Shown piece after piece: positions 1 through 11,661 of a stretch of DNA of 64,000 nt. The notes beneath the pieces are model-generated. The model did not search any database, had not been told where the DNA came from, and worked only from the letters and a program-made list of their open reading frames with translations. Position numbers and translations under genes: made by a program. How positions within the stretch are numbered: the stretch's first letter is position 1; the number at the start of each line of letters is the position of its first letter. The DNA is from Selaginella moellendorffii (taxonomy: Eukaryota; Plantae; Lycopodiophyta): the NCBI RefSeq assembly GCF_000143415.4, contig NW_003314391.1, positions 124,001 to 188,000 of the forward strand, written 5' to 3'.

Positions 1-2520
1 AATGTGAAATGAACACGCGGGAGGAGCATATGGCCCCAAACCACCCTACATCTTTAGGGCTGGACTCATTGAATCAGCAAATATTCATATGGAATATTCT
101 ATATTCCACCACCACCTTTAGCACATAAAGGTTATGTCATTCTCCCTCATACAAATGTGGAAATCAAACGGATTTCCAAAGCTAAACGGGCTTCATGTTT
201 TGAGTCCTAAGAACAATGGGGGACTTAGTCCCTTGGGCCTTATCTAATGCCCTTGCGACACCAAACACCACTTCCTGGTGTTTTAGAGTGTTTGTCTAAT
301 GATGGCCTTCTTTGGCAATGAACACTCCTTTTATGACATTGATTTACTATATCGCAACATAAGTAATTTCTCCCTTATAAAGGTATATTTAACTTCCTTA
401 TCCCAATAATAAGTCTTAAGTAGTTACTTTCTACCAATTTAACCAATTATTTTGCACCTTTTGCTTAGTTGCCTCATAATTGTTAAGTCCTACAACTCAT
501 TGCTAGTGCTTCCACACCTCCATCATTATTTGGGTTGCCACACTCTAACCACATGCTTTCCAGCTTATGCTATGCCATTCCCATTTTCATTGGGATTCCT
601 TTAGAAGGGGTTCTCATGAATTCGCCAACTTGACCTCAAGGTAACACACCTTGGCACATTCGGTGTTTCCACGCCATCGGCTCTACGAGCCTACTTCTAT
701 AACACTTTTTACTGGTGTCTAGGTCTTTTGCCAAGACTAATATGGTTGTTTCTTATGCCAACTATCTTTTAGCACTGCATTATAGAGTTTACGCACTACT
801 TTGTGTCAAAGTTGTTTTCTTCCGGGAAACTCTTTCCCACGATTTTAGCATAGCACATTTTGCCACCAATGAAATACCTCTTGTTCTCATATTTAGATTT
901 TAAAATCCTCCCCATCCTTCATGGGGCACAATACACCTCAGTCCAAATGCTTTTTCCAATCCCTTAAGACCATTTCTTGACTCTACTTGAGTCATCTAGC
1001 ATTTTTGAACTTTTGCCAAATCAATGACCCGTAAAATCCCATTTCAAGGTGCCAACTCGTTGGAATACAACTTCATGTATTCATGTCCTATTTATAAGGA
1101 CCATCTTTGCAAGTGTTACTCCAACACTTGAGTATTTTCCGTTCCTGTGGGCTACTGTTACCCCTTAGGACTATCAGTCCATATAATGAGAATACCGACT
1201 CATCCTTTGAGCACACCCCCAACTCCTTGGGTTTATTTCAGCATTTATAAAAGGTAGCCCCGACTACCATTTCAAGGACTCATGTCCTCATCCATACTTG
1301 ACCTCTTATGGTTGTCAATTCCAGTCTCAAATTCATGAGCACAAACCTCAATTATATGAGGATAATTTTGTGACTCCTTTATTATTTTGGAGTCTCTATC
1401 TTTCTTGTGATCCCAGCTATAGTTGTTTACCACAACTATATTAGTCAGTTTGCTAAATCAAACACTCATCTGGATCACACCCTCAACTCTCTGAGTAAAA
1501 CCTTATACTATTCCCAAGATCCCAAAGTCATTCCCTTATTAGCCTTTTTTTATCGACCACATTGCATACAAATTCACACATAAATTATAGTGGGGAGCCA
1601 TGTCCTTCTGACATGTTATTCTTCTAGGATAGGCCCGATCCTAGGACCTTCCGATGCCAATACAAGTGGTGATATACTTGGCCACCAATAAAAGTCGGAC
1701 TAAGGAACAGCTTCAATACCAAATTGTAAACGACTAATTTTTCTATTCTACTTTAATCACTTAACCACCTCTTCGACCATTAGGAGGAGTCTCACTCACA
1801 ACCTCCGTAAGTCCTATTCTGGACTTAAGGACTTGTTAGCCCCAAGAATAGCATCCATGCCACTCAACCATTGCACTTGGTCCAAGTGCTCCACGTGTCA
1901 AATCCCAAGATCGACACCCCAAGGTACCACCGACATATCAGCCCGTTACGCTAAGGCCATGCTTATTCACCTTGGTCACACCGGTGGTCTAACACCACCT
2001 ACATCACAATCCCGTCTCTCAAAGACTAGGCCATCCGTCCATGAGTGATCATCCCAGATTCACTCTTTAGCATCCTTAGGATGCCCGCAAACATGGGAAA
2101 TAACCTTCCCTAATATCCCCTTTCTGGTCCCCACCAAATCCCTTTTTGCCCATGGCTATGTTCGCCAACATTGCCACTGGATCAAGGCCCACAGGCCCGA
2201 CCACTAAGTCCTGTAGTCCTCTAGGACTTCCTCACCACACGACTGTGTCCTTGGTCACTACACCAGAGGACTGCTCTTCTTCCTTTCCACAGTCTCGGCC
2301 TTTGGGATAGCATTTCGGAACACCATGGCCCTACATGAGCCTCATGTGTACTCTCCCTGCATTCCACCTTTGGGTGCTCTAACTATGGGCTTAGAGCGAG
2401 GTTCTATTGAGCCATGCCAGGTATCCAAGTAGGTAGTGCCACCCACACTTGGACTAAGAGTATTGACCATTCGATCTCCCGAGGGAACTAGAGCTGACTC
2501 TTGAACACTTCACTAAGCTA
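1..2520 (-). mobile_element. Degenerate Ty3/gypsy-like LTR retrotransposon remnant (eroded internal region 1-1724, LTR-like from 1725)
   Basis: Junction CAATACCAAAT|TGTAAACGACTAATTTTTC at 1714-1743 resembles the PBS/LTR junction GATACCAAAT|TGTAAGCCACAAATTTTTC of the intact element at 56741-56769. No long ORFs. The right boundary is approximate. Confidence 0.55.
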
Positions 2521-3297
2521 CCCTGCACTTGGGACTTTCTCAGAGTATGATGCAACTTTCATCAGATCCAGGCCTCAGGTGATTTATCATTTCCACTGCA
2601 CATCTAAATATTAGAAAATACAAGTTCCAAAACATAGAAGTTAAATTTACCTCATTTGCAAATGGAACTGGTCATGTGAAGTGGGGAGCTGAAAACCTAT
2701 GCTAAAGTTGCTTGTAAACACCCAATAGCAACTGCTGCAGTTCTTTTACATCCCATGACCGGTGCCAAACAAAGCTTACAAGGCTCTACAGCAACAAAAT
2801 CATTAGCAATTGTTAGCAAATAATTGTTTCCATGGAACACTCAGTTATAGCTCCTCGTTTGCTCCTCTGAATTTTGATGTTTTGCAAAGTAAGCCAAGAA
2901 CTTCCAAAGTCAAACAAATAAAATAGTTTAAGAAGTAGAAAACTCCCTTGCAATCTCTCAACTTGGACCTCCTCAAAGAGCTTGCTCTCAATCTCAAACA
3001 ATGTTAATGCTGTTTGCAGAGGGGTGGCATTTAAAAGGAAAGAACAAGAGTGTCATCGGCTCTAACCCTTCCAAAAAAGCTTATCCAGCAAAAGAAATTT
3101 TACTTACCCAAAACACAGTTCTATCATCTCACTGCACTGTTTGATGAGTGCCCTAGATTGGAATCAAGGGAGCGAGCCATGGATACTCAATCGTGTACAG
3201 AGGAGCTGCATGTGACAAGTGGCACAGAACACAGAAAAAATCCGCGAATATACCGCTTATTAGCTTATATTAAGGTTAGGGCGTGAGCAGGTTTCCA

Positions 3298-4470
3298 ATG
3301 GATGTAGAGATAGAGGAGTTGAAGGCTGTGCTGCGTGACAAGATTTCTGAGAAAGAATTCTCCAAGTTCACTGATGCCGACCTGGCAAAGCTCGCCACGA
3401 ATGGGTTTACTGATACTGAGTCTTTTGAGGCCGCGAAGCAGGATATGCTCATTGTTGCACTGAAAACTTTCCTGCCTGGTAAGCCTGTGCTTTCCCGTTT
3501 CAAATATTCTTACACGTTTCCTATGTTGCAGAGCCCTATGGAATCGGCGGATCTGGTAAGCAATTGCAAAAGCCTTTTGTTTCCTTGTATATGCCCCGAT
3601 CTGTGCGGAAGTCTGAGTTCTTGGTATTCCTATTTCGTGATCTGCTACTTTTCAAGCCATATCTGTGTTTCTTGCGTTTGTTCTGCTTTCTATTTTCATA
3701 TAGCCCTTTTTGTCGAGTACCAGATCTGTGTTCTAAAGCCCCTTTGAAATTTCATTTCGACTTTGAAGTCTAACGTGTTTCTTGCAGTGCCCCATAATAT
3801 CGGCGGATCTTGTAAGAAATTGCTAAGCCCTTTGCATTTCAAATGGTAGATTTGACTCGAGGATTCGTTTGTTTGCAGTGATTAAATGTTTGGACGCCGC
3901 CTGGGACGATGTTATCGGCGTCAGTTGGGACAGATTTCCACCTCTGGAGAGTTTTAAGAGCGACTTTCCTGGATGCTCCGGGAAAGTCTCCACAATAAGG
4001 AACAGGCAGATCTGTTATGGAACGGACTGGAGGATGTTGCCTACCAGGCCAAGGCAATTGAGGATCATGTTCGGGTTGCTGAAGCCAAGTATTGCGTGCT
4101 GCTAAATGCTTCCGGGAGTGGCAAAACCAGAAGTCTCTATGAGCTTTCAGTGGCAGGTAAGTTGCTGCTTGACTTTTTCGTTGTTGATGATGCCTATGTT
4201 AACAGGCAGTCCTCTCGGTCTGACTAAAGGGGAGGGTTCATGCGATCTCTTGTACATAAGCGAGTTTCTGCTTGCCTTATACGGATTAGAAATGATCCCG
4301 AGTGAGGCGGTGGAGTGCGTTACAGCAGCTTGACTGGTTTGCAGGCTGTCCGTCTACAGGCGCCTGGTAAGTTTGGTAAGTTTCAAGAAGATAGTCTTGG
4401 ACTTTGTTGCTAGACTTGGCCTGCTCATTTGACTGTGGGTAGTACTTATTGCTCTTCATGTGTTTGACCT
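3298..4470 (+). pseudogene. Truncated, frameshifted Crinkler/RHS(CR)-type P-loop NTPase gene with possible SAM-like N-terminal header
   Basis: Exon MDVEIEELK...TFLPG ends at a GT donor (3479). Downstream LLWNGL...VLLNASGSGKTRSLYELS aligns with LLWEGV...VLLAPSGSGKTRMLIELA of the intact gene at 27780-30486. Frameshift near 4005. Interrupted at ~4479 by the duplicated block. Confidence 0.6.
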
Positions 4471-4478
4471 GCAAGAGC

Positions 4479-6347
4479 TAATGAGATAGAACAAGAAATA
4501 ACCAAGAAGAAAATGAGTAAACAACTTTAACTAGAGATGAGTTGAGCTCTGGAAAGGCCTTGTTTATATAGTCCTGGGAGCGACGCTTATCTTGACGATT
4601 CAGCTAGTACATGACTCCACATTGCGGCTAGAATGCAAAATTTCTACGTCGACTACATTACTATACACGTAAATATTGAAATTTAGCTCAGTTTATGATT
4701 TTTCAACGTTCCAGCGGTGACATTTTTAGGAGTTTGCGTGTTTCGTTTAATTTGCTAGATTATAAATGGGATCGAAACTTAGACACCCTTTTTGGGGCAA
4801 GACCGCTCGAGACATCGATTTCTCATAGATAGAATGGCGAAGATTATCCAGTGTGTCCAGCTGGTAGACGTAAAATCGAAAAGCACATAAATTCCTCCAA
4901 AGATGAAGGATACTTTATCTTTGCGAGCCATTTAGAAGATACCGGAGCCTCCACGCTTGTTGCTCGGTACGTGGTAGCGTCGTCGTCTACGTTTGTCACT
5001 CGCCGGTGGATGATCCTCTTTCCTTTGAGCAAAGAGATCCCGATGGAGGGATAGTTGAGATTGCTGCGTTGTCGTGTGGAATAGATGGTTTCAAGTTTGC
5101 GAAAGTGGAGACGTTTCGTATTTCCTGCCTCAATCCACACAGAAAGTCCGTGAATTCGGGCGCCTTGGCATTATAGACGAGGCCCGGATGAGCAGCCACG
5201 TTTGGATTGATGTGGTCTCCACCGAAGGTGCCGGAGAGCAATCCTGCGTCTTTGATCGGCTCCACAGAGTTATCAGTGACAAAACCTGCTGCAAAACAAA
5301 TTGATTGTTTTCTTCTGGAAAACACGTAGTGTTACCTGTCGTTATGATTGCCGAATTGATAGCGGCTGGACTCAGGTATTCCTTCTCAGAGACATGCAGA
5401 CAAGACATGGAAGTTCATAATATTGCGTATTGTTTGCGGAAGATCTCCCACCAAGAAAAGAAAACCATAATGCGTATTGTCACTCCCATTCCTTGGTGGG
5501 AGACAAGGCTTTGAGTCCATGGGAATTTGATGTGGCTCTTCTTGGTGCGTTTTAGACACGAACTCTTCAGGTCTCACGTCAACCAAGTCTTTCTTCTCTC
5601 CATGGCAGCCAGAGATTATTCTCAAGAACCAAAGACGAGCTAAGCTCCGGCAGTGCACATTCTTATGTAACCTCTTGCTATCACTACATGCCCGGTTTGG
5701 GCACATTGACGAGGCGATCAAGGTCCTTCACTCGATTCAGGATCCCAATGTCTTCTCTTCGAAAATCCTGTTACGGGCCTTTTGCGATGACAATTGCGTT
5801 TCTGGGGAGGGAAAAACCTTTGATTCTCTACAGGAGAGGGTGGACTACGATGGTGATCGCATATGCCCGCATTGGGCATATTTTGCGGCAAAGTTTCTCT
5901 TCACGGGCCACGGCGCAACCAGGTGAAATGCCTCTCGTCCACCGCGAGGTCTTGTTCAACGGATGCTGTCCCAGGGACAAGTCAAATTAATCTCAATTGC
6001 TACTCGAGTACGTACTGCCGCACAGGTCACATCGCTGGTTGGAATTCATGGTTTCGTGCCTCGAGATCTTCCTTGGAGAGGAAGTTTTTCGATGAAAAGT
6101 TCATTCTGCTAAACCCCAAGACGCTGTGTGAGCTCACGTTGGCGACTGAAAGTCTTGACATGAAACCACTGGTGGACTTAACCAGTTGACTCTAGCTCGA
6201 TCAAAGGAAAGACACCGAAAGAGATCCGGACTGCCAGACGAACTACCCGAAGTAAGAAGCGAATGCTATCTCACAGGCATGGCAAGAAGCGTCTACTCGT
6301 TAAAGAAGTTTACAAATTGCTTGATTCCTGCTTGGCAGTGGACAAGG
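4479..6347 (+). repeat. Copy A of a ~1.9 kb mosaic segmental duplication (CVNH upstream region, PP2-flank piece, PPR fragment, inverted SKP1-like fragment)
   Basis: Begins TAATGAGATAGAACAAGAAATAACC (identical to 11661) and ends GGCAGTGGACAAGG (as at ~13532). Collinear with indels. Confidence 0.9.
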
Positions 6348-6557
6348 GCTGGCGAGCTTCGTGCAGATTCATGGTGGCGTGGATGAAACTGCAGCACAGC
6401 ACGAGAAGAAGCCAAATTAATGTTTGATTGCTAAAAAGGATCAAATCTCATGAACACAATGCTACAAGCATCAAATTCATGATCACGGGCATTCTTTTTG
6501 TATTGTGAAGAACATTGCTCTTTCAATTCGCTTAGGACCACAAACTGCAACTCAAGT

Positions 6558-6636
6558 CCGTCCACACGGAAGAGCCATCCAGCAGGCTGTCATCCGTCCA
6601 CACGGAAGAGCCATCCAGCAGGCTGTCATCCGTCCA
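6558..6636. repeat. 36-bp tandem repeat, ~2.2 copies
   Basis: CCGTCCACACGGAAGAGCCATCCAGCAGGCTGTCAT repeated twice plus CCGTCCA. Confidence 0.9.
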
Positions 6637-7572
6637 ATTAAGTAAGATGCTTCGTTTTGGACTAATTGAGAAAATTCTCCGTTTTCCCCTTTTTTCCCAG
6701 TGGTATTTAGCTCATGTTTAAAGACATATAATGGCCCCTTGTCCGGTCCACTCTGCCCAGGTAGAACGCTTCGCACCTCTCTCCACCAGGAACGCTCAAG
6801 TTCGTTTAAGTAGGGCTTTTCTTTGAATAAGAGAGTAGATTTGCTGGGGACAATAAAGCGAAGCTGCTTGCAACGAGCTAATCAACAGTAAAAGAAGCCA
6901 GTGATAGTCAATATGTTCAAACAATTCAAAAAATCAAAGTCCTAAACAACGGGCCAAGGAACTCTCAACGTGAAGGGAAACTCACTGATGTGGACAACGC
7001 TGTTTGAATACGAACAAAACTAATGATCATTGAAAGTGACGATACTTAGCTTCAGGTTTGAGTGTGTTTCAATTTGTTCTAATTTCTTGTCATTAAGAAG
7101 GCTGCTCAACGACGATAAGAACTCAAATGCCGTGTCACTGTGCCAAGATGAAAATGCTACGAGATTGGAGAGATTTTGTGTCCACGTTTTGGAGAGATGT
7201 GTTGTTGCTGCGCTCAACAAAGACCTGCGAGCTGAGAAACAACATTGCCTGTTGATCTTCAGAACTTCAATCCAGCTGAAGACGTACATGACAATGGTCC
7301 AACCTCAATGAAAACAACGATCATTGAAACTCTGAAGGCATGCAATGTGTACAGGAAGCACAGTGATCATAGCGTGAATTTACAAGAAAAGACGCTCAGA
7401 TCAAGTCGTATACTGTTTGCTTTAACTAAGATGTTTGCTGTTCAACGAGATGGACATCGAAGTTTAACAAGTTCGTGAACTGTTTGTTCTAACCAAAATG
7501 TTTGTTCAACGAACTGGACAAAGCCTGCGCGGATGTGGCAATCACAGGGAAGCGCGCCGGATCGACCGGGAA

Positions 7573-8002
7573 TGCACATTCTTGTGTAACCTCTTGCTAT
7601 CACTATATGCCCGATTTGGGCATATTGGCGAGGCGATCAAGGTGTTTCACTCGATCCAGAATTCCAATGTATTCTCCTTGAAAATCCTGTTAGGGGCCTT
7701 TTTCGATGACAATCGCGTTTCTGAGGAGAGAAAAACCATTGATTCTCCGGGTGACCTGGACTACGATGGTGATCGCATATGCCCGCATTGGGCATCTTTC
7801 GCGGAAAAGTTTCTCTTCACGGGCCGCGCGCAACCAGGTGGAATGCCTCTCGTCCACCGCGAGGTCTTGCTCAATGGATGCTGTCCCAGGGACAAGTGAA
7901 GTTGCTACTCGAGTACGCGCTGCCGCTTCCCGGTCCAATAAGGTCACATCGCTGGTTGGAATTCATGGTTTCGTGGTTCGAGATCTTCCTTTTTCTTTTG
8001 CA
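7573..8002 (+). repeat. Partial third copy of the mosaic block (PPR fragment fused to inverted SKP1-like exon/intron piece)
   Basis: LLSLYARFGHIGEAIKVFHSIQ (PPR-like) followed by PLVHREVLLNGCCPRDK, which matches the SKP1-like gene at 15100-15150 on the other strand. Confidence 0.85.
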
Positions 8003-8627
8003 GTCACTTCCAAAACTTCCAAGCCGATCCCCTCTGGCGTGAGCACGAGCAGCTCCCTCGGCCGAGGAATTTCTTCCAGTCCAGTTGCTGCTGCCTGAGT
8101 GTTTTCATCCAGCAGCCTTGCCCCGATTTCAGGAACCGCGAGGGATCCGTAATGTTGGAATCGTCGACAGCAGCGCATCCGCCATGAAGCTGTTCGTCTT
8201 GTACGCCGGGATTCGATTGCGTGACAGCTGCTGCCGCAGAAGCTTGTGATAATCGGCATCACAAAACAAACACCAACCAATGTCGTCGGCGGCTTTGTGA
8301 CAGTGCGAAATCCTTTCTCGTGGCGACACCGCACGAAAAAGAAACAAAGCGAGAGTGATGGGTGGAAAGATGATCCAGCTCATCCATTCTCGAGCTAAGA
8401 GCAGGGGTGAAGACGATCACCTAGCGCGCAATGCAACACGCCAAATGTAGAGGAATGGCGGAAGAAGCGAATGGATTCATAATCGCGCGCGTCAGAAACC
8501 AAGAAAATAAAGGTCACGAACCTTGGACGTGTGACGTTAGCCACAGCATCAGCACTTCGCAAACAAATATTCAGCACTCGTCTCGCTTGGCGATGGATTC
8601 CTCTCCCTTTTCCCAGAGTGCTAACTT

Positions 8628-9341
8628 TCACAGCCGTTCCATCCAAAGCTTCTCCCACTTTTCTCTCCCAGCCAAATCTGCGAAAGCTTTCGCTGCTGTG
8701 CCAAAACATCGACCAGCTCCCATGCTACCAAAAACCTCGAGAGCTAGGTCACTCTCCACGTTTGCAACGTACCCGAGCACTAGAACAGTCCACGAGATGA
8801 CACTGTGCCGGGAGCTTGTGTCGAAAACCATGCGTGCTTCCATCATTCTTCCACAGTATGCGTACACTTCCACCAGCGAGCTCGCTACGTGATCATCTTT
8901 GCCGCTTCTCTTAGCTCGAGGGTGGATTCTCATGCCTTGTTCCAGAGCTTCCAGCTTGATCATCTTCCCACCGATGAGTCTCGCTTCTTCTCTGATCGCT
9001 AGAGCAGAGCAAGCCTTGATCGCTGCGAAGAATGTCCCGGAATCCGGTCCGCAACCCTGGCTTTCCATCCATGAGAAAGCTTCCAGAGCACGAGATTCTT
9101 CGCCATTCTCTGCGTGTCCCAAGATGAAAGCGTTCCAGGCCACTACATTGTGGCAAGGCATCCTGTCAAACACCTCCCTCGCCTCAACCAGGCTGCCACA
9201 CCTCCCATACATGCCGATCAAGCTGGAGCACCCTTCCCCTTGGAGCTCCCGCAGGATTTCAACCCCAACAGGAGCTCCGCTCAGCAGCCTGTGCTGTGAC
9301 CCAGGCATTGTCCCAGTACGGGTCGAAGGAAATGCATCCAT
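8628..9341 (-). pseudogene. PLS-class pentatricopeptide repeat protein fragment
   Basis: SSLIGMYGRCGSLVEAREVFDRMPCHNVVAWNAFILGHAENG and SSLVEVYAYCGRMMEARMVFD are typical PLS motifs. Short, lacks E/DYW, degenerate flanks. Confidence 0.8.
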
Positions 9342-9589
9342 CCATCGAGCGCCAAAAGAATCTTTGTCGAAGAACCCTAAAATTCAGAAGAGCCGACTTT
9401 GATGATCTCTAGCGGAGGACTCGCTTGACAAGGCAAACATTCCTAAACGGCTCGCAAAGATACCGCTAGCTCCCACCGGTACCATATCACCGTCCGGAGC
9501 CTCCACGCTTGCTCGGTACTCGCGTGCAATTTCGTAAAAGGGTGGAAAAACAGCGGCATTTTTCATTCACAATACGTGTCTGGTTGCTA

Positions 9590-9990
9590 TTACTCCACGT
9601 GTAATATGCGTGGCATAGGATATTTTACGAATATCCATTCCTTGGCTTCATGCCCATAGCAATGACCCAAATGGAGCCAGCACGAAGAGTTCGTCACCCT
9701 TCCGTCTAGTGTTGCCAAGCTGAATCTCACTGGTTCCTTATCCCACCCAATGGCGTCGGAATCAAGCTTGAGTCTCCAAGAGACGGTGTAAGTTCCTGGA
9801 GCTAGGCTCAACTTCCAGTTCCCAGAGAGCTCTAGCTAGCAAACCATCTTGAGGTGTGCCACTTAAGTACCTGGCGCCATGCTTTGAGGACCATTCCCAG
9901 TATTCTGCGGTGCTTCCCCAAGTCACAGCCAAAGATCTCGAAGAAAAGCTGTGGCAAACAGCCAGTTCGATCGATCGATAAGCCCTGGAG
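9590..9990 (-). pseudogene. Phloem protein 2 (PP2/Nictaba-like lectin) domain pseudogene
   Basis: RSLAVTWGSTAEYWEW...VAHLKMVC*LELSGNWKLSLAPGTYTVSWRLKL...GWDKEPVRF matches the PP2 domain pattern. The conserved W is replaced by TAG and there is a frameshift near 9865. Confidence 0.7.
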
Positions 9991-10490
9991 AAAGCGAGAA
10001 AAAAATTTATGAGCCAGAGAGGATCACCAAAAGAAAGTGCTTCTTACTAGGATTCTTGCTTAGATCAAATATTTTTCCCAAGAGAAAGAACCTCTGATCC
10101 GTCTCCGATGAGAATGTGTCCACCCATCGGGCTAGCATCCATGGGGCATCCATTGCAATGAGATTGACATTTAATGCTGAATCAATAGAAAACTGCCACA
10201 TGGACATTGTATTGTGAGTGAGAAACACTACTGTTTTTTCCACCCTTTTACAAATTGCACGCCATAACATTAGCATATCGCAAGTGAATTCCAGTAAAAT
10301 TGGAGAGGGAAAAGCTAACTGGAAGTCTGGTTTCCAGCCATCCAGTCAAAACTGCCGCTTTGCATGTCGACGTGGCGGTTCTTCAGTGCTTGACCTTTTC
10401 TCGGCAGCATATGTACGATATCAACACAAACGCTGATCATATCATCGATCTCTCTTTGATAGATTTTCTTTGCAAGAGGAACTCTAGATC

Positions 10491-10930
10491 ATGTCTCGCG
10501 CACTAAGTTTTTTCTTCTTCGTCCTCTTGGTGGCTGCTACTGTGACCTCTCGGCCAGTGAAGAATGAAACAGGTATGCCTGTTCTTCAATCTCGATTGAA
10601 TATGCCTCGATTGGATTTGATGATCTCTGTGTTTCTTTTGAAACATCATGGTCCGTGTCTGCACTCGCTTGCATGTGTGTCTGTCCAAGCACGTAACCTG
10701 ATTCGTACGTGATTTAATCTTTTTGTCTTTTACAGTGATGGCTAAGATTGCTAATCAGCTGGATTGGTCGCCATTGTCCAATTCCACCCCAAAAATTGCC
10801 GAACCAGAGGTAAAATAATCCTGTATTTGAAGACAATATTCTTGACATGTATGATCGTGTGTTGTCAATCATCTTTGGTGATCAGGAGCAGCAAGCCCAT
10901 GTCGACTACATTTATGATTTTAATCCTTGA
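10491..10930 (+). CDS. Small secreted phytosulfokine(PSK)-like peptide precursor, 3 exons (10491-10572, 10736-10809, 10886-10930)
   Basis: Phase-compatible GT-AG splicing gives MSRALSFFFFVLLVAATVTSRPVKNETVMAKIANQLDWSPLSNSTPKIAEPEEQQAHVDYIYDFNP*: signal peptide, RP after the likely cleavage site, and a C-terminal AHxDYIY motif. Confidence 0.65.
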
Positions 10931-11232
10931 TGAAACGGCACATTAATAAGGAGGGATCATAGGCTTTAAAGTGAAAGAAATTCTCATTTATTAGAAATAA
11001 TATACCTTTAATATAAATCGATTTGTCTTTGTAGTATTTTCATTATACAAATTGAAAAAAAGTTGTACAAGTAATACTTTCCAGTCTGCCTTAAAAGCCC
11101 CACAACTTCCGTGAGTAAGTTTTATTGATCAGAACAGCGACACATACGTGCCAAACAAGGAGAGATCATGTGGGAGATCACTCAGTTATTCATCTTTCAT
11201 CATATGGATATAGTTTGATCATCCAAAAGGAT

Positions 11233-11661
11233 CTAGCAGCACTGGAGAACTCCCTCGACGTTCTGGATGCAATCATTGATGTCGCGATTGGAGAAGACGA
11301 GAACGCCATCCCCGCGGTTGCAACGGGCAGCCAGGGTGAGCCCATTGAAGTTGATGTCGATGCATCGCGAGGCAAAGTTGGATGAGCAGTCGAGGATGCC
11401 ATTGCTGCTGCCCACGCAATTGTTCACATCGATGGAGGCGTTCCTCCTTTCCAAATTGGATGTGCTGCAAATGGCTCTCATCACGGTCGAATTCCTGTCG
11501 AAGGTGATATCAGTGCAGGATCGAGAAAACTGGCAAGCCTGTAAGAGTAAGATATCCAAATTGTGAGCTTCTTGCGGGACAATCGAATGAGAGTTTCTTA
11601 CCTGGGTGATGGAGAGGGTCGAGACCAGCATACACAGGAAGAAAACCTCGCGAAATGCCAT
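11233..11661 (-). CDS. Cyanovirin-N homologue (CVNH) secreted lectin, 2 exons (11661-11602, 11538-11233), 121 aa
   Basis: Signal peptide exon, then two CVNH repeats: FSRSCTDI...RAIC...SIDVNNCVGSSNGIL and NFASRCIDI...LAARC...RDINDCIQNVEGVLQ. 63-nt GT-AG intron. Confidence 0.88.
   Translation of the reverse strand: MAFREVFFLCMLVSTLSITQVRNSHSIVPQEAHNLDILLLQACQFSRSCTDITFDRNSTVMRAICSTSNLERRNASIDVNNCVGSSNGILDCSSNFASRCIDINFNGLTLAARCNRGDGVLVFSNRDINDCIQNVEGVLQCC

Noticed and set aside
6640-7480. Short ORFs 6552-6776, 7030-7311 and 7245-7478
   Set aside because: No recognisable domain or consistent splice model.
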